Source: Mycolicibacterium smegmatis (GTDB taxonomy: Bacteria; Actinomycetota; Actinomycetes; Mycobacteriales; Mycobacteriaceae). Taken from it: a stretch of 32,000 nucleotides of DNA. The notes beneath the pieces are model-generated. The model searched no databases. It was not told where the DNA came from and was given only the letters and a program-made list of their open reading frames with translations. The position numbers and the translations under genes are program-made. Numbering within the stretch: position 1 is the first letter of the stretch; every line of letters starts with the position of its first letter. The stretch covers positions 2,490,001 to 2,522,000 of the forward strand of contig NZ_LN831039.1 in NCBI RefSeq assembly GCF_001457595.1. Reading direction: 5' to 3'. Shown here in pieces: positions 1 to 7,761 of this stretch.

Positions 1-309
1 GTGTGCGTGGTCACCCACGGCGGAATGGGGACCACGCTCAAGGCGCTGGACCGGGGTATCCCGGTGTGCGTGGTGCCGTTCGCGCGGGACCAGGCCGAGG
101 TGGCCCGTCGGGTACAGATGGCGCGGTGCGGAACACGCCTGCCCGCCAAGCATCTCAGCGCCGCGCGTCTGCGCCGGAAGGTGCGTCAGGCCATGGCGAT
201 GAGCGATGGCGCGCGACGTGTCGCCGCGGGGTTCGCCGCCACCGGCGGTGTGGTGCGCGGCGCCGATCTCATCGAGCAGCAGGTGTTTTCATCCGAGATG
301 CGGATGTGA
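1..309 (+). CDS. Glycosyltransferase family 1 (MGT/UGT-like), C-terminal fragment; the 5' part lies outside the window
   Basis: The peptide VTHGGMGTTLKALDRGIPVCVVPFARDQAEVARR is the nucleotide-sugar-binding C-terminal signature (THGG...P...DQ) of GT1 glycosyltransferases. TGA at 307-309. The GTG at position 1 is an edge artefact, not the real start. Confidence 0.7.
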   Translation: MCVVTHGGMGTTLKALDRGIPVCVVPFARDQAEVARRVQMARCGTRLPAKHLSAARLRRKVRQAMAMSDGARRVAAGFAATGGVVRGADLIEQQVFSSEMRM

Positions 310-679
310 GTGCACTCGTGATGCGACGGCGCCTGGCGAACAGCAGCACCCAGGAGAGCGCGGCCGCGGTGAACGCGGCGGCCTGTGCGGCACCGGTGCG
401 GTTGGCCGGGTAGAGCACACCGTCGGCGTAGTGGTCGATGAAATCGTCCGCGGGCAGCGGCTTGAGCCCGGCCCGCACGCGTGCCCACTGCTCCAGGTGT
501 GTGAGCGGGCAGCGCAGCCGTAGCGCGACGACGAAAGCGCCCCAGATCACCGTCGGCACATGGAACGCCAGGGTGCGGGGCCAGCGCAGCGCGAGGAATC
601 CGCCGCTCGGCAGATACAACAGGTAACCGAAGTGTGCACCGACCGTGATCGCCACGAGCGCGGTGTACGCCTTCTTCAT
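269..679 (-). CDS. Small integral membrane protein, DUF2784-like (CPLT motif)
   Basis: ATG at 679-677 (MKKAYTALVAITVGAHFGYLLY...). It has hydrophobic segments plus RCPLTHLEQW, which is typical of DUF2784. The start lies 7 nt after the TAA of the upstream Rieske gene. The ORF-track N-terminal extension (to 793) was discarded. Confidence 0.6.
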   Translation of the reverse strand: MKKAYTALVAITVGAHFGYLLYLPSGGFLALRWPRTLAFHVPTVIWGAFVVALRLRCPLTHLEQWARVRAGLKPLPADDFIDHYADGVLYPANRTGAAQAAAFTAAALSWVLLFARRRRITSALTSASRMKTPAAR

Positions 680-686
680 GCACCGA

Positions 687-1736
687 TTATGGGCCCTGTC
701 CGGTGGTGCGGCGGTGATCTCGCTGGTGATGCCGAATCTGATACCGCCGCTCCGCGTACACCAGGTCGTCACGCCACAAGCGGTTCGCGGCATGCCGCAT
801 CAGCGGCGTGATCAAGGCCGCGGCGCGTCGAGCGTGACGGAAACCGGCCCGATCCGATTGCGCGACGACGGCTTCCACCACGGCGGTGCGGGGGCGTCCG
901 TCTGTGCCGGGTCCGAGCGGCGTGGCGTGCGTCTCGACGATGCTCCCGGCGCCTTCGCCGTCGACGATCCGCATCACGATGGTGCGGGCACTCGGACACG
1001 TGAACTCGGCGACCACCGGCACACCCAGCCGACCGAGGCGGAACGTCACCGACAGCAGGAACCGGTCGTCCTCCTCGGTCGGGGTGCTCAGCACCTCCAG
1101 GCGGGTGAACGAGTACGGGTGGAACCAGTTGCCGTGCCACGGGTCGAGTCGGTTGGCGATGATGTCACTCGGTTCGCACACACCCACCAGACGGGTGAGG
1201 GCATGCAACGTCTCGCCCGCCGGACGGGTCGGCACCACCGGGACAGTCAGGGGGTCCTCTCCGCCGAGTTCGTCGAGGCGCACCCACGCCAGCACGCCGT
1301 CGTCGTGGCTCGGCAACGGTGCCCAACCGAATTCGCAGGTTTTCCCGGTGAGCGGCAGGCCGTGCCACCGGCAGATCAGCGAACCGTCGTCGACCACCCC
1401 GGTGGCCAGATCGGCACCCAGGTGCGGACAGCTGCGCGGCCCCACCCGCAGGTGGCCTTGCCGGTCGCGCCACGCGACGACCTCGATCCCGCCGATCGTC
1501 GTGCCGAAGGGGCGGTCGGCGCGGATCTCGCGGTTGGCGCCGAGCACGTACCAGTTGCCCGTCGGGCGACGTTGCGAGCGGCGCAGGGCCGCCTCGATGA
1601 TCGCGGGTTTGGCCTCGCCGTAGGTGGGCCGTTGCTCGGACCAGCGCGGTGATGAAATGAGTTGCAACGGCCAGTCCTTGGGCCACCGATCACCGATCTT
1701 CAACTCGCCCTCCGCTCTTCGCGCGTGGCCAGCCAT
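687..1736 (-). CDS. Rieske [2Fe-2S] non-heme-iron oxygenase (alpha-subunit type, DUF5914-like C-terminal region), last enzyme gene of the crt operon
   Basis: The Rieske motif CPH-X16-CRWH is encoded at 1362-1430. The mononuclear-iron motif N-x2-D-x2-H-x4-H (NRLDPWHGNWFH) is encoded at 1119-1154. An ATG at 1736 overlaps the crtU stop by 37 nt; the alternative TTG at 1703 gives a TTGA overlap. TAA at 687-689. Confidence 0.8.
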   Translation of the reverse strand: MAGHARRAEGELKIGDRWPKDWPLQLISSPRWSEQRPTYGEAKPAIIEAALRRSQRRPTGNWYVLGANREIRADRPFGTTIGGIEVVAWRDRQGHLRVGPRSCPHLGADLATGVVDDGSLICRWHGLPLTGKTCEFGWAPLPSHDDGVLAWVRLDELGGEDPLTVPVVPTRPAGETLHALTRLVGVCEPSDIIANRLDPWHGNWFHPYSFTRLEVLSTPTEEDDRFLLSVTFRLGRLGVPVVAEFTCPSARTIVMRIVDGEGAGSIVETHATPLGPGTDGRPRTAVVEAVVAQSDRAGFRHARRAAALITPLMRHAANRLWRDDLVYAERRYQIRHHQRDHRRTTGQGP

Positions 1737-3229
1737 CTCAGCGGCGCGAACCGGCCTGCGGTCGGGACGGACCTCAGCGCGTGGCCGGCCACACCCCACC
1801 GGTTGAGCAGCACGTTGGCCGCGGCCCAGCCGGTGGTGGCCGCGCGTTCCATCAGCGCCGCGGGCAGATCGAGGCGGATGCCGTCGCCAGCGAGAACGAG
1901 CCCCGGTACGCCCGTGACGACGCCAGGACGGTCGGCATGGGAGCCCGGTGCGAACAGCGGGCAGTCGTCGCGCACCAGGACACGTTCGAAAACCGGTTCG
2001 GCCGTTGCTGTCTCGGGGTAGAGCCGGTGCAGCTGCGCGAGCGCTCCGGGGCCGCTCTCGGCGGTGTCCAGGGCGTAGGCATGCAACTCCACCACGGATC
2101 CACCGTTGTCCCTTGCCCATTGGGCGCTCTGGCGCTCGTAGCGCTCGAGCACGCTGATGTTGTCCAGCGGTTTGTGCCCTGCCGTTCCCATGAACGCCGG
2201 ACGGTCCGCCGTGACGGGACGGTCGAGCCACAACCTGTGCACGGCGAACGGTGGTGCGGTGCGCAGACCCTGGACCCGCGCCCGCCAGCGGTCGTCGCCG
2301 AGACCGGGCGAGGACGCGACGATCCGCTGCAGTCCGGCGATGTCCGCCGCGAGCACCACGGCGTCCGCGTCGAGGCGTTCACCGGAATCGGTGTGCACCG
2401 CGAACGCGTCGGGCGATGTCGTGACGGGGTCGATGCGGGTGACGGATGCCCCGAGGTGGAAACGCACGCCGTGCTCGTGCAGATACCGTCGCAGCGGTTC
2501 CCACAGCGCGGTGTCGTAGTTGGAAGTGGGCACATCGAACACGAGTCCCTCGCTGGATCCGAGGAAGTAGATGTGGAACATCGTGGCCAGCTCGGCCGCC
2601 GACAGGTTCGACGGGTCGGCGAAGAAGCTGCGCGAGAACACCTCGAACGCCAGATGCCGTGCGGCCGGGGGGAAGTTGATGTCCTTGAGGAACGTCTCGG
2701 CATCGATGTGGTCGAGGCGGTCGTAGATTCCCGGCACCGAGACCGCGGCGAGCGGTGCGGCCGCCTTGGCGTCGAGCCGCATGAGGTCACGCAGCCGGAA
2801 CGTGGGGCTGCGCAACGCGAACCACAGCGCGTTCCACGGCGGGGTGTGCGGTAGCCGGCGGAAACTCTCACGGCGGCCTTCGCCGTCGATGAGGGGGTAG
2901 TCCTCGACCGGGGTCAGCATGCGCAACTGCGGGTCGACGCGCGCCAACAGCGCGCGCAGGTTGTAGTACTGCCGGAAGAACGCGTGGAAACCGCGGTTCA
3001 TCGCGTACTCGGCGCCGTCGTGCTGCTCGGACCAGCCGCCGACGCGTCCGCCCAGATAGTTTTCGCGTTCGATGACGGTCACCTCGACGCCGCGCTCGGC
3101 CATGCCGGTGGCCGCGGCGAGCCCGGCGATACCCGCACCGACGACCACGACCCGCGGACGCCTCGGCAGTTTGCCGGCGTGGGGGAGCCCGCGGGGTGCC
3201 GTGTGAGTGCGCTGCAGTCGGTCGGTCAT
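1700..3229 (-). CDS. crtU: FAD-dependent carotenoid desaturase/methyltransferase, CrtU-like (beta-carotene to isorenieratene type)
   Basis: The N-terminal dinucleotide fold is RVVVVGAGIAGLAAATGMAERGVEVTVIERENYLGGR, in an amine-oxidase/CrtI-superfamily body of 509 aa. It sits directly after crtYc/crtYd, as in actinobacterial isorenieratene clusters. ATG 3229-3227 overlaps the crtYd TGA (ATGA). Confidence 0.65.
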   Translation of the reverse strand: MTDRLQRTHTAPRGLPHAGKLPRRPRVVVVGAGIAGLAAATGMAERGVEVTVIERENYLGGRVGGWSEQHDGAEYAMNRGFHAFFRQYYNLRALLARVDPQLRMLTPVEDYPLIDGEGRRESFRRLPHTPPWNALWFALRSPTFRLRDLMRLDAKAAAPLAAVSVPGIYDRLDHIDAETFLKDINFPPAARHLAFEVFSRSFFADPSNLSAAELATMFHIYFLGSSEGLVFDVPTSNYDTALWEPLRRYLHEHGVRFHLGASVTRIDPVTTSPDAFAVHTDSGERLDADAVVLAADIAGLQRIVASSPGLGDDRWRARVQGLRTAPPFAVHRLWLDRPVTADRPAFMGTAGHKPLDNISVLERYERQSAQWARDNGGSVVELHAYALDTAESGPGALAQLHRLYPETATAEPVFERVLVRDDCPLFAPGSHADRPGVVTGVPGLVLAGDGIRLDLPAALMERAATTGWAAANVLLNRWGVAGHALRSVPTAGRFAPLRWLATREERRAS

Positions 3230-3573
3230 CGCGACACCTCCTCGCGCTCGGGCACGTGCCCGCGTTCGGTGGGCACGCGCCGCCGTTCCCACAGCAGCAG
3301 CACGGCGGTGATCATCGCGAAGCCGAACAGGAAATCCTCGATGGGCGTATCGAAGAACACGCGCACACCGCTGGTGTGCTGCTCGTCGTAGATGACGATC
3401 GGTGCGGAGAGTTTGGTCAGCCAGCCGTCCACCGGAATCTGGAAGCCCAGCACGATCAGCATCGACAACCAGTAGGCCGGTCGCCGGAACAACCCTGTGC
3501 GCAAGAGCAATTCGAGCCCGCACACCGCGATCACGGCCAGGACCGCGGGCAGGGTGTATCCCAGACCGGTCAT
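3226..3573 (-). CDS. crtYd: Heterodimeric lycopene beta-cyclase subunit
   Basis: 115-aa hydrophobic protein MTGLGYTLPAVLAVIAVCGLELLL...PIEDFLFGF, carrying the PxE(E/D) motif of CrtYc/Yd-type cyclases. It has ATGA overlaps at both ends (3570-3573 and 3226-3229). Confidence 0.75.
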   Translation of the reverse strand: MTGLGYTLPAVLAVIAVCGLELLLRTGLFRRPAYWLSMLIVLGFQIPVDGWLTKLSAPIVIYDEQHTSGVRVFFDTPIEDFLFGFAMITAVLLLWERRRVPTERGHVPEREEVSR

Positions 3574-3893
3574 CTGCGCCTCACCCGTTCCAGGATGGTG
3601 CTCACCGCGTTGTAGGTCAGCAGCGCGCACAACGGGATCACGAGGAAGAACAGCACCTCCTCGATCGGCACGTCGAACGGGATGGTCAGCCCGGTGATGT
3701 AGTCCGGGTTGTAACCCCACACGTCGAACGCCACCGCGATCTCGTCCCACAGCAGGAACACCGCGGCGACCGGTAACACGGCCTGTAACACGCGTCGCGG
3801 TTGCCGGTACACGCCGTCACCGAGGCACTCCAACGGAGCCGTGATCGCCACGCACGCCGCGAGAACCAGGAGGTACTGCCAGTTCTCGCTCAT
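3570..3893 (-). CDS. crtYc: Heterodimeric lycopene beta-cyclase subunit
   Basis: 107-aa membrane protein MSENWQYLLVLAACVAITAPLE...VPIEEVLFFLVIP. ATG 3893-3891 overlaps the crtB TGA (ATGA). Confidence 0.75.
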   Translation of the reverse strand: MSENWQYLLVLAACVAITAPLECLGDGVYRQPRRVLQAVLPVAAVFLLWDEIAVAFDVWGYNPDYITGLTIPFDVPIEEVLFFLVIPLCALLTYNAVSTILERVRRR

Positions 3894-4837
3894 GCGGCTC
3901 CCGGTACGGCGGCAGCGTGTGAGCGGGCACGCCACGCGTGGATCAGGCCCGCGCCGGCCACCTGGATGCGGCGGCGGGTGCCCACGGTGGCGCGGCGACG
4001 GAAGATCGCGAAGTCGCTTTCCTCGATGCAGTCGAGGATCTCGGAGTACAGCTGCATGGCGGTGGCCACGCATGGGCGGGACCGGGGTGCCAGCATCGCG
4101 ATGCCCTCGGCTGCGTATCTGTAGGTCCGGCGGGCGATCTCGTGCTGGGCCTGAAGTGCCTTGCGGACGCGTGAATCGGTGTGCTGGTTGTGGTGGCACC
4201 ACATCAACAGGTCGCGGTCGACACCGTGGACCGCGAGTTCGTCGGCGGGCAGGTACACGCGGTCGCGCAGCAGGTCCTCGTCTACGTCGCGCAGGAAGTT
4301 GGTGAGCTGGAATGCCCGGCCGAGCGCCGCGGCGTGCGGCGCGGCTTCCTCGGGTGCGGTGACGGTGCCGAGGATCGGCAGCAATTGCAGCCCGATGGCC
4401 TCGGCCGAGCCCCGCATGTACTCCTCGAGCGCGGCGCGGTCGGCGTAGTCCGTCACGGACAGATCCATGCGCATCGACCGCAGGAAATCCTCGAACAGTT
4501 CGGCGGCGATGCCATAGCGCGCCACGGTGTGGCCGACCGCGGTCAGCACCGGATCACCGGGATGCTCTGCGCGGGCGAAGAACTGGTCGGCGAGCAACTG
4601 CAACTGCCGGGCCCGTGCCGCGGTGTCCAGGGTCGGATCGAACTCGTCGAGAATGTCGTCGGCGTAGCGCGCGAACCCGTACAGCGCGTGCACCGCGGGG
4701 CGTTGGTCCGGTGCCAGCAGGCGGGTGGCGAGGAAGAACGTGCGCCCGTGCGCGGCGTTGATCTCGCGGCAGCGGCGGTACGCCTCACGCAACATCGGGT
4801 CGTCGATGCCTGCTGCGGCGAATTCGTTGCGGATCAT
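3890..4837 (-). CDS. crtB: Phytoene synthase
   Basis: MIRNEFAAAGIDDPMLREAYRRCREINAAHGRTFFLATRLLAPDQRPAVHALYGFARYADDILDE plus FQLTNFLRDVDEDLLRDRVYLP, which are the two Asp-rich squalene/phytoene synthase motifs. ATG 4837-4835 overlaps the crtI TGA. The 382-aa upstream extension in the ORF track is an artefact. Confidence 0.9.
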   Translation of the reverse strand: MIRNEFAAAGIDDPMLREAYRRCREINAAHGRTFFLATRLLAPDQRPAVHALYGFARYADDILDEFDPTLDTAARARQLQLLADQFFARAEHPGDPVLTAVGHTVARYGIAAELFEDFLRSMRMDLSVTDYADRAALEEYMRGSAEAIGLQLLPILGTVTAPEEAAPHAAALGRAFQLTNFLRDVDEDLLRDRVYLPADELAVHGVDRDLLMWCHHNQHTDSRVRKALQAQHEIARRTYRYAAEGIAMLAPRSRPCVATAMQLYSEILDCIEESDFAIFRRRATVGTRRRIQVAGAGLIHAWRARSHAAAVPGAA

Positions 4838-6387
4838 GGCATTCGTGCTTTCCGGTCGGCGGTGGCTGCGGTGACGGAGTTGAGGTCGTGGTGGGTGCGG
4901 GTGCGCCGCACGGTGCCGGTGACCCGGTCGGCGGCCAGGCGGCCGGACAGCAGTGCGGTCGGCACGCCGACGCCGGGAACCGTCGAGGATCCGGCCAGCA
5001 CGGCGTTGGCGACGCCGCGCACCGTGTTGCCCGGGCGGAACGGTCCGGTCTGGCTGAACGTGTGCGCCAACGCGAAGGGTGTGCCCGCCACCATGCCCTG
5101 GCGCGCCCAGTCGGCGGGCGTGACGACCTGCAGCACGTGGGCGTCGTCGCGCAACTCCGGCAGCATCCGCTCGGCCACGGTGTCGACGACCCTCTGGGCG
5201 TACGCGGGGCCTTCGGTTTCCCAGTCGATCGCGGTGGACGACAGGTTGGGCGTGGGCGCGAGCAGGTAGAGCAGATCGCGGCCCGCCGGGGCGAGCGCGG
5301 GATCGCCCGCGGTGGGGCGGGTGACCAGCAGCGACGGATCGCGCATCAGGCGGCCGTCGTCGATGATGTCGGTGAAGGTGTCGTGCCACGCGTCGCCGAA
5401 CAGGATGTTGTGGTGTGCGACGGGCCGGTCGATCCGGCGGCAGCCGACATGGACGACGACAGCCGACGGTGAGGCGCGCCAGGGCCGAGGGCGCCGGGGC
5501 GTGCGGCCCAGCAGTTCGTAGGTGCGGGGTAGTTCGGTGGTCAGCACCACCGCGTCGCACGGGATGCGTTCGCCGGTGTCGGTGTGCACCGCGGTGACGC
5601 GGTCTGCCGAGCGTTCGAGGCAGTTGACGGTGGCGCCGTAGTGGAATCGCACCCCGGCGTCGGCGCCCGCGGCGGCCAGCGCGTCGGGAACCGCGCGCAC
5701 GCCACCCTTCGGGAAGAAGACCCCGGAGATGGTGTCCATGTAGGCGATCACCGCGTAGGCCGCCAGGGCGCGTTGCGGGGAGACACCGGCGTAGAGCGAC
5801 TGGAACGTGAAGACGCGCTGCAGCCGGGGGTCGCGTAGGTGGCGTCTGACCATGTGGTCCCACTTGCCGAACCCGCCGATCGCCGCGAGTTGCGCGAGCT
5901 GGGGCGTCAGCAGCGAAAGCGGTGAGTCGAAGTTGGCGCCGATGAAGCCGTCGATCTCGATGCGGTACAGCCGGGTCAGCCAATCGCGCAGCCTCCGGTA
6001 GCCCGCGGCCTCGCTCGGCCCCGCGAGATCCGCGATCGCCGCGGCCATGCGGTCGGCGTCGCTGTGGACCTCCAGCGCACTGCCGTCGGCGAACTGTGCG
6101 CGGTATGCCGGGTCGACCGGGAGCAACTGCAGGCGGTCGCCCACCGACTCGCCGACCGCGGCAAACACGTCGTCGAGGATGTCCGGCATCGTCAGCACGG
6201 TTGGCCCGGTGTCGATCCGGTAACCGCCGGTATCGATGCGGCCTGCCCGCCCGCCCGGCCAGGGTTCGCGCTCGACGACGGTGACGCGGCGGCCGCGTCC
6301 GGCGAGGTGAAGCGCCGCGGACAGGCCCGACAGACCGGCGCCCACCACCACGACGTGGTCGGTCGGTCCCGGGATCGCGCGGCTCAT
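4834..6387 (-). CDS. crtI: Phytoene desaturase
   Basis: MSRAIPGPTDHVVVVGAGLSGLSAALHLAGRGRRVTVVEREPWPGGRAG (FAD fold), with a CrtI-like body and C-terminal GTPFALAHTFSQTGPFRPGN...GSSTVPGVGVPTALLSG. ATG at 6387 is preferred over the TTG at 6402, which lies inside the U-tract of the leader hairpin. Confidence 0.9.
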   Translation of the reverse strand: MSRAIPGPTDHVVVVGAGLSGLSAALHLAGRGRRVTVVEREPWPGGRAGRIDTGGYRIDTGPTVLTMPDILDDVFAAVGESVGDRLQLLPVDPAYRAQFADGSALEVHSDADRMAAAIADLAGPSEAAGYRRLRDWLTRLYRIEIDGFIGANFDSPLSLLTPQLAQLAAIGGFGKWDHMVRRHLRDPRLQRVFTFQSLYAGVSPQRALAAYAVIAYMDTISGVFFPKGGVRAVPDALAAAGADAGVRFHYGATVNCLERSADRVTAVHTDTGERIPCDAVVLTTELPRTYELLGRTPRRPRPWRASPSAVVVHVGCRRIDRPVAHHNILFGDAWHDTFTDIIDDGRLMRDPSLLVTRPTAGDPALAPAGRDLLYLLAPTPNLSSTAIDWETEGPAYAQRVVDTVAERMLPELRDDAHVLQVVTPADWARQGMVAGTPFALAHTFSQTGPFRPGNTVRGVANAVLAGSSTVPGVGVPTALLSGRLAADRVTGTVRRTRTHHDLNSVTAATADRKARMP

Positions 6388-6400
6388 CGGGCCGCCCGGC

Positions 6401-6433
6401 AAAGCACGAAAGCGCCGGCGGACACCGCCGGCG
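6401..6433 (-). promoter_or_regulatory. Terminator-like GC hairpin plus U-rich tract in the crtI leader
   Basis: Minus-strand RNA reads CGCCGGCGG-UGU-CCGCCGGCG, a perfect 9-bp stem at 6433-6413. It is followed by CUUUCGUGCUUUG (6412-6400). It lies between the SigF-type promoter and the crtI ATG. Confidence 0.45.
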
Positions 6434-6485
6434 AGGTCGGTATCTCGCTCACATACGCCCCTTCCGGGCTTGGCATGCTCGCGAG

Positions 6486-6511
6486 ATACCCGCAGGCGGC
6501 GGGCTACAAAC
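6486..6511 (-). promoter_or_regulatory. SigF-type promoter of the crt operon
   Basis: The minus strand reads GTTT (6511-6508), then 16 nt, then GGGTAT (6491-6486). This matches the mycobacterial SigF consensus as I recall it, GTTT-N15-17-GGGTA(T). It lies about 100 nt upstream of the crtI ATG. Confidence 0.6.
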
Positions 6512-6519
6512 GTCCGGTC

Positions 6520-7761
6520 TTACCGGTCGGGCAGCGCGTGTTCGACGATCGGGCGCCGGGGCAGCGGTTCACGTTCGCGACGCTTGGCCGCGAGATACAC
6601 CTGCGCGGTCTCGTCGGCCACGGTGTGCCAGTCGAAATCGGAGGTGAGGCGTTCGCGTGCGGCGACCGCGCGGCGCTGCGCGGCGTCGGGGTCGTCGAGG
6701 ACGGCGCGGACCGCGGCCGCCAGGCCCGCCACATCGCGCGGCGCGAACGACATTCCGGTCTCGCCGTCGATCACGGCCTCGCCGAGACCGCCCGCGGTGG
6801 ACGTCACCAGCGGCGTGCCGGTCGCGGCGGCTTCCAGTGCCACGATGCCGAACGGTTCGTAGTGGCTGGGCAGCACCGCGGCGTCCGCGGCCTGGAGTGC
6901 CTCCACGAGTCCGTCGTGATCGAGACGGCCGACGAAACGGGTTGCCTTGAGCACCTTGTGCTTTCGTGCCTGCTCGACGAGCCAGTCCTGTTGCGTGCCG
7001 TCGCCGGCGATGGTCAGCGTCGTACCGGGATGCGCACGGCGGATGCGCGGCAGCGCCGCGATCGCGTCCTGGATGCCCTTCTCGTACTCCAGCCGGCCGA
7101 CGTAGAGCAACCGGGGCGGACCCGTGCGGGGACACCTGCGCGCGAACGGCCACAACTGTGCGTCGATCCCGTTGCGGATCACCCGGATCTCCGACAGTCC
7201 CGGGCCGAACAGTTCGGTGATCTCGTCGCTCATCGAGGTCGAACACGTGATCAGCGAGTCCGATTCGCGCACCAGCCAGGATTCGATCGCGTGCACCTGG
7301 CGGCTGATCGGCCCCGACACCCAGCCCGAGTGCCTGCCGGCCTCGGTGGCGTGGATCGTGGAAACCAGTGGCACATCGAAGAATTCGGCGAGCGCGATGG
7401 CGGGATGGGCCACCAGCCAGTCGTGCGCGTGCACCAGATCGGGCACCCACGGATTGCCCGCGGAATCCCGCACCTTCAAACCGGTGCGGATCATGGCGTG
7501 GCCCATCGCCAGTGTCCACGCCATCATGTCGGTGCCGAACTCGAACTCGTGGGGATCTTGGGCGGCCGCGACGACGCGCACGCCTTCACGCACCTCGTCG
7601 GTCGACGGGTGCGTACTGGGATCGGTGCCCGACGGCTGACGGCTGAGCACCACGATCTCGTGGCCCGCGGCGGCGAGCGCCGTGGCCAGGTGGTGCACAT
7701 GGCGGCCGAGCCCGCCGACCACCACGGGCGGGTATTCCCACGACACCATCAGGATTTTCAC
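6520..7761 (-). CDS. GT4 alpha-(1->4)-glucosyltransferase, Rv3032-like (MGLP/glycogen-type glucan synthesis)
   Basis: GTG start, MKILMVSWEYPPVVVGGLGRHVHHLATALAAAGHEIVV. The C-terminal region PSHYEPFGIVALEAAATGTPLVTSTAGGLGEAV carries the E-x7-E motif. It is syntenic with GH57 and methyltransferase genes. Confidence 0.85.
   Translation of the reverse strand: MKILMVSWEYPPVVVGGLGRHVHHLATALAAAGHEIVVLSRQPSGTDPSTHPSTDEVREGVRVVAAAQDPHEFEFGTDMMAWTLAMGHAMIRTGLKVRDSAGNPWVPDLVHAHDWLVAHPAIALAEFFDVPLVSTIHATEAGRHSGWVSGPISRQVHAIESWLVRESDSLITCSTSMSDEITELFGPGLSEIRVIRNGIDAQLWPFARRCPRTGPPRLLYVGRLEYEKGIQDAIAALPRIRRAHPGTTLTIAGDGTQQDWLVEQARKHKVLKATRFVGRLDHDGLVEALQAADAAVLPSHYEPFGIVALEAAATGTPLVTSTAGGLGEAVIDGETGMSFAPRDVAGLAAAVRAVLDDPDAAQRRAVAARERLTSDFDWHTVADETAQVYLAAKRREREPLPRRPIVEHALPDR

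Noticed and set aside
4838-5983. Upstream extension of the crtB ORF (697 aa in the track)
   Set aside because: The extension lies inside crtI in another frame and is Arg/Pro/His-rich nonsense. Phytoene synthase homology starts at MIRNEF (ATG at 4837).
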